DNA of 64,000 nt from Octopus sinensis (taxonomy: Eukaryota): the NCBI RefSeq assembly GCF_006345805.1, contig NC_042997.1:61318001-61382000 (forward strand), written 5' to 3'. The notes under the pieces were generated by a model, which saw nothing but the letters and a program-made list of their open reading frames with translations, did not search any database and had not been told where the DNA came from. Within the stretch, counting starts at the first letter, position 1. Every line of letters begins with the position of its first letter. This document shows, one piece after another, positions 11,208 through 23,057 of the stretch. Both the position numbers and the translations under genes were made by a program.

Positions 11208-11855
11208 AGGGTGGGTAAAATTCCTGGGATCCATGGTTTAGTTCTCTGTAACAGTCCTTGTCCCTTACCATTGCTACCATGTCCTGTGTCTCCCAGAGAC
11301 CAGTGTCTGTCCTTAGGACATCAACATATTTCATCCTCAGTCTCCCTCTTCTAGTGTGTCAATATAGGGGCTCCCACAGGAGCACTGAGTGCAGTATCAA
11401 CTCTGAATGACGGTGAGCATGTCCAGCTAACCTCAGTCTCCTCTGTGTTATTTTTGAGCTAACTTTTGGGAGGCTTTTGTACAGGTGTGAGTTCTTCATC
11501 CTGATATATACTGATTAATGTTCAGAGCCACCCCCAGCATTCTCATGTAGCACCCAACCACCATCTGAGTGAGTTTCTTGTGTCAAGTCTCAGACCCGTA
11601 CAACAACACAGACTCCATTGCAGCAATGAAGAGACGGATCTTCAGATCTTTATGAAGGCTGAAAATAAATGAGATTAAGATGAAGTATCTGGTAGACAAC
11701 ATTAAGAAGCCAGAGAAGATTATGAATGTAGGTGGGAAGCCACTAGAGTGGTTGAGAACTTCCTGTATCTGGGAGCAAAGATTGGGAACATAGAAGGTAA
11801 TATAGTTGAGAGGAAGAGCAAATCTTGGCTGGCATGCCACAGTTGTGATCTGTAT

Positions 11856-11858
<3 letters not shown>
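11206..11858 (-). mobile_element. 5'-truncated RTE-clade LINE with an inverted 5' segment
   Basis: Minus strand 11661 to 11206: SLHKDLKIRLFIAAMESVLLYGSET...WEPL...GR...YVDVLRTDTGL...stop, then a (TA)n tail. Plus strand 11657-11858: LKINEIKMKYL...VENFLYLG...SWLACHS...VW. Confidence 0.8.
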
Positions 11859-11891
<33 letters not shown>

Positions 11892-12034
11892 AATATATAT
11901 TTACTGTTTACTTATTTTACAGATAGAATACTTGAGTTACAGAGACAAGTATTTGATTGAATTTATCCCCTCTCTGTTATATCTATCAAGCCATCTCCAC
12001 TACAAAGTGTTCATGTCTTCCACTAATATAAGTA

Positions 12035-12236
12035 CATGTATGACTGTGTGGTTAAGAAGCTCACTTTGCAACTGTGTGGCTTTGTGTTCAGTTCTACTGC
12101 ACAGCCCCTTGGGCAAGTGTCTCCTATTATAACCTCAAGTCAACCAATACGTTGTTAGTGAATTCAGAAGGTGAAACTGTATGGAGGCCTTTCACATATG
12201 TATATATGGCTATGTGTGTGTGTTTGTATATAATAT

Positions 12237-12286
<50 letters not shown>

Positions 12287-12510
12287 GATGAGTATGCATC
12301 TTGGCCTTTGTGTTCGTTTCTTACCTCTGCTTAACAACCACTATTGTTATGCTTATGTCCAGGTAAGTTAGCAGTTCAGTAAAAGAGACCAAAGGAGTAA
12401 TTGCCAGACTTGAAAATAAGTACTGGTATCAATTTGTTCAACTAAACCCTTCAAGGTAGTGCCTCAACATGGCCACAGTCCAGTGACTGAATCAAGTAAA
12501 AGATAAAAAA
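12035..12510 (+). mobile_element. tRNA-derived SINE with internal microsatellite
   Basis: Head GTGTGGTTAAGAAGC...CCTTGGGCAAGTGTC; tail CCCTTCAAGGTAGTGCC...GACTGAATCAAGTAAAAGATAAAA. Confidence 0.65.
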
Positions 12511-13473
12511 TAACTCCTGTACGTATAAAGTATCAGAAATCTTGTTTTTCTATAGGCTGTGTAATATTGACTTCTGAGATGGGTTCAAATACATACAACA
12601 GAGTGGTCTCTGCTAAAGGCCATTGACAACCTGATAGCGGTGTTAAACAAGGAGACTGATTGAGTCTACCAGCCTAGAACAAGAACAGTCAATCCAACAG
12701 GCTTCCAGGTAGTTTCCGTCTACAAGACTTAGTACACAAGGATTTGGTTGACCAGAGGTTATGGTAGAGTGTCTGACATGTTGTGAAGTGGGATTGAATC
12801 TGAAACCTTCCACAGAGCCATACCTGTGTGCCAATGTATAAATACATTTCCATCTATATATATAATCATCATCATTTAGTGTCCATTTTCCATGTTGGCA
12901 TGGGTAAGAGGGTTTGACTAGAGCTGGTAAGCTGGAGAGCTGTACCAGTCTCCAGTCTGTTTTGGCTTCATTTCTATGGTTGAATGCCCTTCCTAATACC
13001 AATCACTGCACAGTGTGTACTGGGTGTCTTTTATGTGTCACCAGCACGGGTGCCATGTATACACATGTACAAGTATATATACACATACATACATTGATGA
13101 CAAGAGGATGAAAAACAAAGTTGACCATGTCAAGATTTAAACAACAAATGTAAAAGTATGTAACTAAATACTACAGAACCTCTTACAATCTACTGATGCT
13201 CTGACATTCCACCTCTTGTTATGTTTAACATTGTGCATAGTTATAATAAGATTTACTGTCTATGATGCTGAAGATTTATGTCCTCAGGCATTTGATAGCT
13301 CCAACCATATTCTCTGTGTAGTATTTATTTTTCTTTCTTTTCCATACAGCGTCAAGTTCTTCTTTCCTGAAAGTGATTGAATAGATCTGGAAATTCTGTT
13401 TATATTAGTTATTTTGTTTTATTTATTTATAGTCTGTTGTAGTTTGTAAACAAGAATATCATGGTTACATAGA

Positions 13474-13512
<39 letters not shown>

Positions 13513-13865
13513 TTATAAATAAGTTGCTTACTGGGAGAGTAGCGATGTAGAATCTGTACATCAGTGCAAAGATTTACTGGTATTCACACCCAACACTGTC
13601 ATCATTGTGTAAATTAGAAAAAACTATAAACACACACAGACACACACATTCAACAAGCTTTTATATAGTTCCTGCCTTCCAGGCTCCACTTATACGTTAT
13701 CATTAGGTCTTAGATTTCTATGAAACTGCTTTATATATTCTTTTCCATATTTCTATCACCCCTTATGACAGCTCATCAAAAATAAGTGAATGGATCCCTC
13801 TGCTAGTTTCAACAATGAATATATCCTTAATTCAGTCTACAGAAATGCCTACTGATTGTATTAGT

Positions 13866-14043
13866 CAGTGCTCTCTTAAGGCATGGGCACAGTGGGCATT
13901 TGTCTGAGGACCATCTTGGGCCTAGGGGCCCAATTCTGATCTGTATATGCTGGATTTGTTATCAATAAATAAATACTATAAGGTCCAGTGCATTGATTTG
14001 CTTGGGGCAGGGTGGGGGTCAATAATGCTCTAAGATGGCCTTG
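13866..14043. mobile_element. hAT-type MITE, 178 bp
   Basis: Exact 8-bp TSD GTATTAGT (13858-13865, 14044-14051); degenerate TIRs CAGTGCTCTCTTA / CAAGGCCATCTTA. Confidence 0.75.
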
Positions 14044-15515
14044 GTATTAGTATGTATGTGACTGTATAATTCTATTAACATGTATACCCTTAAAGTAATC
14101 CTTAGGTGGGATCTGCATGACACTGTGTATGACAAAGCTCATACTGATTTATGGACACAACTCATCTGCTGCACTTCCACACAATTTCTGTCCACCCACT
14201 TCCATTCATATAAGGCTTGTGTTGACATGAGACTCTGTTGAAAGGTGCCCTAAGTTGCCATGCTGCAGAATTGAACTTGGGATTTTATGATTGCAATGGG
14301 TATCTCCTTAACCATTCAGCCAATCTTGCATCTCTGTGTGGCAATACACACATACACATGTGCATGCACATGCATGTGCACGCACACACACACACACACA
14401 CACATTCACACACACATATCCCCCCTCCCCATTTACACCTTTTCTGTCCCCGGTTATATTTTGATTAATGTTTTTTTTCCTTTTTCATGTTCATGCAAAC
14501 ATTTATCTCCATGGATTATATTTGGTTTATAATTCTCTAAGGGAATCAGAAAGCCATTGCATGCAACCACATGATGTGATGAATACATCTGGGACTTCAC
14601 CAACAAAGCAAAATACAAATATTTTTATTTCAAATCCGTTACAGTATAATCTTTTATTATATTGTTCTGGAATACCAAAATACATCCTATGGAAACATGA
14701 TTGTTTTTCTATTATATTTTATACTTCTTAGAATTATAATGAAAAAATTATATTTTTCTGTTTAGAAATTGGTCATAAATCAAAACTTATTTTATTGTTT
14801 TGCATTTTTTTGTTCAAAGTGTACCTGATAGCTAATAAGAGAAAACATCATATTACTGCAGATACTGAAATTATAAAAATATTAAATATATTAAAGATAT
14901 TTAAAAGAATATTAAAAAGAAAATCACTGACTTTACTATCATAAAATTTAAATTTATACTGGCTTATAGTGCTATGGTGCTACCCATGCTAGAACCCCTG
15001 TATGACAGACACTTTAATCCTCATGTGGCATACTTTAATGTTTGTGTTAACAGACACTACATTTCCTTATATAGATATTAGACAGCAATAAAGTTTATTT
15101 AATCAGTTTTATGCCCCATTTTATGTAATGTAATGGGAAGCAGATGGATTTGGTATTAATCAAGTTTGAATTCTTGGAATTGAGCTCACTAGTTTTCCAT
15201 GCCATCAAATACTTATGGAAGTTATCCTTATCACTGCCAGCACCATCATCATCATCACAATCTTCACTGTCATCATCACCATCACCATCAAAATCATCAT
15301 CGTCATCATCATCATACTTGCCATCTTTCATCATCAGTATCATTTAGTTACTATTTCTGTTATCCATCCCAGCATTCGTTGGATAAATTCTAAAGCTAAT
15401 GTGTTTTCATATATCTTTAGTCTACACCATATCATCTATGATCATAAAGTAAGTAATTTCATTCTTTCGACTATTTTTAGGTTTTATATCTTCTGCTACC
15501 AACTTTTGTATACAC

Positions 15516-15690
15516 GGTGAGCTGGCAGAATCATTAGCATGCTGGCAAAATGCTTAGCAGCATTTCATCCATCTATATGTTCTGAGTTCAAATTCTGCTG
15601 AGGTCAACTTTGCCTTTCAACCTTTTGGGGTCAGTAAAATAAGTACCAGTTGAGTGCTGGGGTCTTTGTAATTGACTTGCCCCCCCCCCC
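15516..15690 (+). mobile_element. tRNA-SINE with a conserved central (Meta/beta-like) domain
   Basis: GGTGAGCTGGCAGAATC head, GAGTTCAAATTC B-box, GAGGTCAACTTTGCCTTTCAACCTTTTGGGGTC...AAAATAAGTACCAG domain. The domain name is from memory. Confidence 0.7.
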
Positions 15691-16240
15691 CAAATGATTG
15701 ATATCACATGTCCATATTGACAACATATTTGTTTGATGTCCAATAAAGCTCATTTGCCATAGACATCTTTACATACTTCTTATCATATAACTGAATTTTG
15801 TATGGTGCCATTTAGAACAAGGGACTCCCTAAATCATTATTCTCAGTACCCAACCTCATTGTAATTTTAAATCCAGTTCAAGAACAATAAGAATCATCTG
15901 AAGAATGTTAACTGGTGATAGCTAGTTCTGATATCATTGTTATGTGGGTTTATGCAGGAATGTATCACCTGAAATGTAATGAGACAAAATGGGATTAAAC
16001 CAGGGGTTTGGATTTGTGACTGAGGTCAAATAACTGGTTGATGTGTTTGGAAAATTGCTTGTTACTTGTGCTTTGCAGAATGTTTTGGGTTGTAGAAGTA
16101 AGCAGGCATTTACTTTTTACTCCCTAAGAGAAATAAAAAAGGATGCAACTCAATAATGAAAGAATGTGGCATTACTGACAATGAATAGACTGAATAATAA
16201 CAACAGATTGACTTTAACAAAATTCATACGATAGGAGTCA

Positions 16241-16649
16241 TCATCATCATTTAGCGTCTGCTTTCCATGCTAGCATGGGTTGGATGGTTCAACTGGGGTC
16301 TGTGAAGCCAGAAGGCTGCATCAGGCCCAGTCTGATCTTGCAGTGTTTCTACGGCTGGATGCCCTTCCTAACGCCAACCACTCCGTGAGTGTAGTGGGTG
16401 CTTTTTACGTGCCACCTGCACAGGTGCCAGACGGAGCTGGCAAACGGCCACGGACGGATGGTGCTTTTTACGTGCCACCGGCATGAGGCCAGTCGGGGCG
16501 GCACTGGCAACGGCCACAAACGGATGGTGGTGCCAGACGAGTCTGGCAAACGGCCATGAACGGTTGGTGCTTTTTTACGTGCCACCAGCATGGGGGCCAG
16601 GCGAGGCTGGCAATGGTCACGAACGGATGGTGCTTTTTACGTGCCACTT
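16241..16649 (-). mobile_element. RTE 3'-UTR-only insertion
   Basis: Homologous to 35550-35882; (GAT)n tail; 7-bp TSD GGAGTCA (16234-16240, 16650-16656). Confidence 0.9.
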
Positions 16650-16717
16650 GGAGTCAGTGTTCTTAATATCACATACTAATCCTACTAATCCTTGTCTTAC
16701 AAATACTTATAATTCTT

Positions 16718-16976
16718 CATTGTTTACATTATTTACATTTGATGGATATTTGTCCTCATCTTGTTTGTTGTTAACACAACATTTCAGCTGATATACCCTC
16801 CAGCCTTCATCAGGTGTCTTGGGGGAAATTTCGAACCTCGGTTCTCATTTCTATGGTATTTTTCAATGTCGTCGTTGTCGTCATCATTTTTATTCAGGTC
16901 ACTGCCTGGAATTGAACCTGGAATCTTGGGGTTAATAGCCCGTGCTCTTAACTACTACACCGTATGCCCATGGGAA
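16718..16976 (-). mobile_element. Full-length tRNA-headed SINE with hammerhead module, 259 bp
   Basis: A-box-like CGGTGTAGTAG, B-box GGTTCAATTCC, tRNA-Asn-like anticodon arm, hammerhead motif, and exact 10-bp TSD TATAATTCTT (16708-16717, 16977-16986). Confidence 0.8.
16773..16818 (-). ncRNA. Minimal type I hammerhead ribozyme motif
   Basis: GACAC-CTGATGA-A-GGCTG(GAGGGTATAT)CAGCT-GAAA-TGTT-GTGTT. Stem I ACAC/GTGT, CUGAUGA core, stem II and GAAA are present, with a loopless stem III as in Penelope-type minimal hammerheads. Confidence 0.7.
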
Positions 16977-17139
16977 TATAATTCTTGTCTTATAGATTCT
17001 TTAAACCCTACTCCAAAATAGATGTATACAAAATGTGATTTAGGTAGATAGAAGGGAAGCAATAGTACAAAAGACTTTTATTATTGTTGAAATAACTAAA
17101 AAAAAAAAAGAAGGTATCTAAGATCCTTTCCAAGCCATA

Positions 17140-17360
17140 GCCTCTTAAGACAGGTTTCTTGGATTTTATGGCTTATACATTCATCCCTCTAGATGGGACA
17201 CCAGTCTGTTGCAGTGTTACTCTTTTTGCCAGTTGAGTGAACTGGGGCAACATGAAACAAAATGTTTTGCTCAAAAACACAATGCAACACCCAGTTCAGG
17301 AATTGAAACCACAATCTTAAAATCATGAGTGCAGCATCTTAACCACTAAGTCACAAGCAT
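17140..17360 (-). mobile_element. tRNA-derived SINE (third family; also at 36560-36725 + and 37010-37260 -)
   Basis: Shared block TGAGCAAAAC...GCCCCAGTTCACTCA...GGCAAAAAGAGTAA and B-box GGTTTCAATTCC. Confidence 0.6.
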
Positions 17361-17490
17361 CCAGTTAAGGTAATTAATCATCATTGTCATTATCATCATT
17401 TTAATATCTATTTTTCCCTGTGAGCTGGGAAAAGTGGACAGAATTTGTTGAGGCAGATTTTCTACTGTCAGCTGTTCCTGTCATCAACCC

Positions 17491-17728
17491 TATGGGCCTG
17501 GGAACAGGGTGTACAGGGGGTGCAAGGGCACCCCCTAGAATTTGCACCCCTACTTCCCTCAGGTTTAGAGTACAGTGAATAAAAAGTGATCTGTAACAAG
17601 TAGCTTGAAGCTAGGTTTCTTCTCAAAGAACAAAAATAAATTTGAAAAAGAAAACAATTATACCTTTTTTGTAAAAATTTTGTACCTGGGTTTGCACCCG
17701 CTAAACAAATTTTGTTCCCAAGCCAGTG
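17491..17728. mobile_element. MITE inserted in an RTE-tailed SINE
   Basis: Imperfect 15-bp TIRs (TATGGGCCTGGGAAC / rc CACTGGCTTGGGAAC). Interrupts a SINE that is contiguous at about 9400-9430. Confidence 0.5.
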
Positions 17729-18616
17729 CCTTTACCTCTTTCAAAGTAAGGTAATATTTCTCTATGAGCCGACATACATGTTTCCACTGAAGATTGGAAA
17801 TTTGTTTACAACTATCATGTTAATTCAAGGCAAGAAAACAGTAACACACGTGCATACAAGCATAAATGCATGCATATGCACTCACACACACACACATGCA
17901 TGCACACATGTTTTGTTCAATTCTTGTTTACTAAATTCACTGTCCACCAGGCTTTGGTCAGCCTGGTACTATAGAGGAAGACATTTGCCCCATGTGGTTG
18001 GGAAGTACAATTATCACACAGCAACCCTTACACCTAACATAAAAAAAGATTTTAATATTAAAAAAATTGAGAGATATGTGTACCTTGATAAAGTTAACAA
18101 TTTATCTAAGAACACCCATAAATGCTTTCTGATTCTACTGAATATGGAGAAGTTTTATAATCCTATGATTATTAATGTGAGTTGACCTCATCGGTCAAAA
18201 GATTATTTTAATTAAGGAATAAACCATAAAATATTGCTAATAAGAACAGCTATAAAAATATAACATAATGAAGTGAAAATAACTAAGGAAGTAAAATATA
18301 CAGAAAAAATTCTTTAAGTGATGGAAATAAATATTTTCAATGAGGCAAGTGACCGGGTGGTAAATAAGCGGTAAATAAAAAAATACTGGCTATGGTGAGA
18401 ATACTGTTTGCTCAACAAATTCTTTCGTAAGAGGTTATCGTAACAGTAGTTCACTTGGATTATATTTTTCTTAAACAAAAAAAAAAATGAGAGAGACAAA
18501 AAACTTCTTTTCACACACAAACAAATGTACATATATATATGCACACACTTATACACACAAATAGATGCATATATCCACATACACACATAACCATAAACAC
18601 TCATACATACTCAAGT

Positions 18617-18663
<47 letters not shown>

Positions 18664-19133
18664 ATATATATTGCATGAATGCACTACATAAATAGAGACT
18701 GTGTAAAGTATTTTTTCTTTAAATATTAGAAAATATAAATGAATGAATAAATAAATAAATAAAAAACAAGTTGAAGATAAAATTCAGTGTTATGAATGAA
18801 TAGGATCTAAACTTTTGGATCTCAGTTCATCCAATCAGATTCTTCTGTTGTTACCTCTTTTTTTTTTATAAATGTCATATGCACCATGATGTAATGACAG
18901 TAGCGTTATAAAACAGAATGTTGTTATAGTATTTTATTTAAAACAAACATCTATTCAAACACCAACAGGGGATTGACTGCACAATTTAGAATTTTTCAAG
19001 AAAATATCCAGCATTTAATGTTGATACTGAAAACTGTTGCAGTTGTGCAAAAAATTATTGATTTTTATAAGATAGTAGTATTATTATCAATAATCTTAAG
19101 TATGAAAAAAAAAAACAACACACTTAATCTTAC

Positions 19134-19315
19134 CTTTGCATAGCTGAATCATCGGGGTCCAAAAGAGATTCTACAAATGATTTTGTACTGTGTAGCCTAG
19201 CCATAAACTGTCGATGCTTACTACTGTGGTTACTGTTGTTCATCGCCTCTTCCTCTTTGTCTTCTTCTGAATGGCAGCTTTCCTTCATGCTGCCTGAAGT
19301 TTCAGTTACCATCAT
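19134..19315 (-). CDS. Candidate first coding exon of an unidentified antisense gene (MMVTETSG...LDPDDSAMQR)
   Basis: Acceptor TTTTTTTTTACTCTTTTGTTTAG| at 19447/19446, upstream in-frame stop, 60 codons plus 2 nt with an acidic patch, donor AAG|GTAAG at 19134/19133. GC and CpG are higher than in the flanks. No homology recognised. Confidence 0.5.
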
Positions 19316-20502
19316 CGCCGATCAATAACTCATCAATGCTGTAGATTGGCTGCAGAAATTTGCTGCTTTAGTTAGAATTTAAGGCGAATAAAATCTGAAG
19401 GAATGTCGCAGTGTTAGTATTGATGTTTCAAATCTTATTTTACTATCTAAACAAAAGAGTAAAAAAAAACATATATAATTAAAAAAAAATTTTTTATTAA
19501 ATATTTAAATAAATACAGTGTTTAATTTTATTTCTGTGAATGTTACTTTATTGCTATTTTAAAGAATGTATATCTCTGAAGTATGTGGGAATTGATTTCT
19601 TACTTTGAATTTATTGGTGCAAAGAGACAAGAATGTATAATGTTTGTTTTTCTCTGTGACTAGTAAAATAAGTAATGTGTCTGGCTTCAGTTGGAATTGA
19701 AACCCTTAATCCTCCAATATGAGCTTGTCTTTACTCAATGGTATAAATAACTGAAAAAAATTTTTTTTTCTCTTGTTATGTATATCTTATAAGGATAGAT
19801 GTTTAATAACACTGTTACTTTCTAAGATGATTAGTTTTAAATGATAAAATTCTGTTTTATTGTAATTATAACTTATTTTAAATTAAATTAGTTTCTCAAG
19901 AATTACTTATTTTAAACATTAAAAAAAAATATTTATGTGCTTAACTCTCTTGATACCAACCTGCTCAATATTGCTCTATGTCCTAAAGTACAAAACCACT
20001 TGTTTGAAAGTATTCATATTTAGATTAAAAACTTAGCTAATTATTTTATCTTGAAAGCTTCTTTGTTAAGATATTTTCTTAACATCAGGTTTATAATGTA
20101 AAAAGTTTTAAGTGGCTTGTAATAAATACCATCAAACTTAGTTGAAAGAGATAGACAGCAAACTAAGTATAAATGCAGCTTATAAAGATGTGAAAAAAAT
20201 CAAAAGGGATAAATTTGTGGGGATTGAACGTTTTTACTATCTTCTCAGTTGTTATAAGTAGAGTGAAGTTGTATGGTATCATATGTGCTTTTTTAACACA
20301 GAGGACAGGGTGAAAATTCAAGCCCAAATTTTATGTGATTCACCTGTCTGTAAACTAGTTCTGCAGTATTTGGGAAGGAGAATTAGAAGGGTCACTGTCA
20401 GGGACATTGTTGATGACATTGATCTCTAGCTAGTAATTATCTTCATAGTGCTATCATGGGCATGTGGTCAGGGCAGACATAACGGGTGTTAGTATGAGGT
20501 GA

Positions 20503-20536
20503 GGTGGGATAACCATATACATATGGTTATCCCACC
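20503..20536. repeat. Perfect palindrome (16-bp arms, 2-nt spacer)
   Basis: GGTGGGATAACCATAT-AC-ATATGGTTATCCCACC. Confidence 0.95.
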
Positions 20537-21796
20537 AAAAGAGAGACCTTTACATTCAGCATAAGAAGATAGACAACCAAGATGCTACACTTGTGGCACT
20601 AAAAGCCATTTAAGAGGTTACAGCCATGCCAGCATGGAAAATGGGCATTAAATGATGATGGTGATTATGACACCAAGCATAATTCTTAAGTCAACAAATT
20701 AGATTACCCCATCCACATTGCCAGGAGCAAATCATAAGATCCAATAAACTTCCTCCATCTTACCCAGCCACAACCATTGAAAACAAGGGGCATCACTTAC
20801 AACAGCAACAACAACGTAAGTTAGAGCTAAGTGACATCCTAATTTAGTAGTACTGCTCTATCCACTTGTGAGGATAAGGCCCAAACAAAGGTTGAAGGAG
20901 ATAAGCAGTATCTTTAAAAAAAAATAAGAAAAGAAAAAGGCCCGATAGAGAAAACACTAAGCTGGGTACATCTGCTTTGGAGAAATGATACTCTTTACTG
21001 AGAAAGTACTCATCATATAGAGAGCCATCCTTTGAGGGAGAACCAGCCTCATCCTGCAAAGAAATGAAATTTACAGTCCTTCACAACACTAACAAAACAC
21101 TAATAAGCCACTTATACTATATCTACAAAGGATTTCCAGATGAAGTATGGATTGAGAAGGAAATGAAATCACATTTTAAACAGCATAAAAATGACAGAGT
21201 ACTTGTAAAAACTTAGATAGATTTTGAGAAGTGCAACAGTTCAACAGTCTGTGAAGGACTAGCATCCCATTCAGGGATAATGTGATCTTTGTCACCTATA
21301 CACTGTGGAAACTGAGTAACTGGCTCTATGAGTGTTTTCTATACACTACCTAAATTTAGATATAACAACAACTGAGGTGAGAAAAATGTTCAGTTCTTAG
21401 TTGGGAATTTGTAACTTTGTAAGCTGTGTATATTCTGAATTCTAGCATTCTTTACTGACATCATCAGATTTTCCCTACTTTATATAACTTGCACCAACCA
21501 GAACAAGTGTAAAATAAATTTTTAGTTTGGAAGATTTATTCCATTAAAATGTAATCTTCTTTGAAAATTGATAATAATCTTGTGGCCCTCTTAGACCCAA
21601 TCTCTTTTCTATTTTTCTCTCATACACAAGGCAGTAAATTAGCTGTCATTAGAGCAATGGCTAAAATGCCTTTCTGTTCAAATCCTAAAGAGGTTAACTT
21701 TGCACATTTCTGTAATACTTTTATACAAACAAGAGATAAAAGATTCACATTTGTATGGGCTTAAAGGACAGAAATTTAGAGTGGAATGTTTTATAT

Positions 21797-23057
21797 AATC
21801 AAACATTTCCTGGACTAGTTCTGTAGCATGCCAGCAGTTGATAACATAAGGTTGCATGCACATTAAGAGCTAGCAGTGACCTTCATGACGCAGTGTGCTG
21901 AGTGACATTACTGTGTTTACTTTGTAAGTTGTGAAGTTTGTGTTTTTGTGATCACGTGTATACTGCAGTCTGTAGTTTTTGTCATGGACAGAAAGTTGAA
22001 ACAAAGAGCCAATGTGAAATTTTGCATTAAACTTGAGAAGTCTGCTACAGAGACATTGAGCATGCTTTGGCAAGCTTACAGTGATGAGGCAATGGGTTGC
22101 ATGCAATGTTTCAAGTGGCATGGGTGCTTCAAAAGCAGAAAAAAATCTCTGGAAGACGATGAGTGATCTGGAAGACCTGCTGTGGGCATTACTCCCAAAG
22201 AAAATTCATCAGCTTGTGCATGAGGAATGTTGAAGGACAATCAACAAAATTGGTGCTGTTGTTGGTCTGTAGTATGGGTTCATACAGGCAATCCTAATGT
22301 CTGAATTGAATATGTGGTGTGCCTCTGCTAAGTTTGTCTCTCACCTGCTGACCACTAAGCAGAAAGTACTTCACGTCAGAGTCTGTCAAGATCTTCATCA
22401 GCATGCCATTGATGACCCATCCTTCATGTCTAGGATCATCACTGGATTTTCGTAAATGACCCTGAGACAAAGAAACAGTTGTCACAATGGAAGAGGCTTT
22501 CATCTCTATGACCGAAGGAAGCACAACAGAGCTGCAGCTCAATCAAGTTCACGCTCATCAGTTTTTTGACATTGATGGCATTGTGCATCAAGAATTCATC
22601 CCCCAGGGCCTGAAGCATTTGAGGGAGGGCATTCAGCGAAAGTCACAGGGTCTGTTGAGTGAGAAGAATTGGATTCTTCATGATGACAATGCACCCTGTC
22701 ACCAAGCTTTCCTCACCCATGAGTTTCTTACTGAAAAAAAAACATGGTATTGCTTCTTCACCTACCCTATTCACCAGATTTAGCACCTGAAGACTTCAGT
22801 TTCTTCCCCAAGATGAAAATGAAGCTCAAAGGTCACTGTGTTGACACCATTATTGAGATCGAGGGTGAATTGCAGAAGGTCCTTGGCTCGCTTATGGAAA
22901 ACAACTTACTGGTCCGATTCAAAAAGTGCAGGAATGCTGGGACTGGTGTATTGCTTTGCAAGGGGACTATTTTGAAGGAGATGATGTTAAAACTTAAGTA
23001 AATAGGTTTTTTTTTTATTAAACATAACTAGTCCCGGAACTTTTGGATACGACCTTG
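21797..23057 (+). mobile_element. Decayed mariner transposon (second family)
   Basis: MDRKLKQRANVKFCIKL...; LHDDNAPCH; HLPYSPDLAPEDF; several stops and frameshifts. Right TIR CTAGTCCCGGAACTTTTGGATACGACCTTG followed by TA; partial left TIR at about 21798-21818. Confidence 0.88.

Noticed and set aside
11913-11960. DRILELQR after a good acceptor as FAM20 LDRIL
   Set aside because: Diverges immediately, hits a stop, and is out of order with the expected exon 2.
16900-16972. Functional tRNA gene
   Set aside because: Acceptor and T stems do not pair properly; it is the head of a TSD-flanked SINE.
18084-18137. 54-nt phase-2 exon (RIRKHLWVFLDKLLTLS) as exon 2 of the antisense gene
   Set aside because: Phase-compatible but short enough to occur by chance, with a weak donor and no homology.
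17712-18185. 157-aa ORF
   Set aside because: Runs across SINE fragments and CA repeats; no protein signature.
20844-21056. Minus-strand ORF after a strong acceptor (DEAGSPSKDG...)
   Set aside because: No clear donor or homology and no link to other exons; left unresolved.
21631-21764. GSKLAVIRAMAKMP as FAM20B exon 2 (GAVMHAMA)
   Set aside because: Phase fits, but similarity ends after about 8 residues, KGTQLK is absent and a stop follows.
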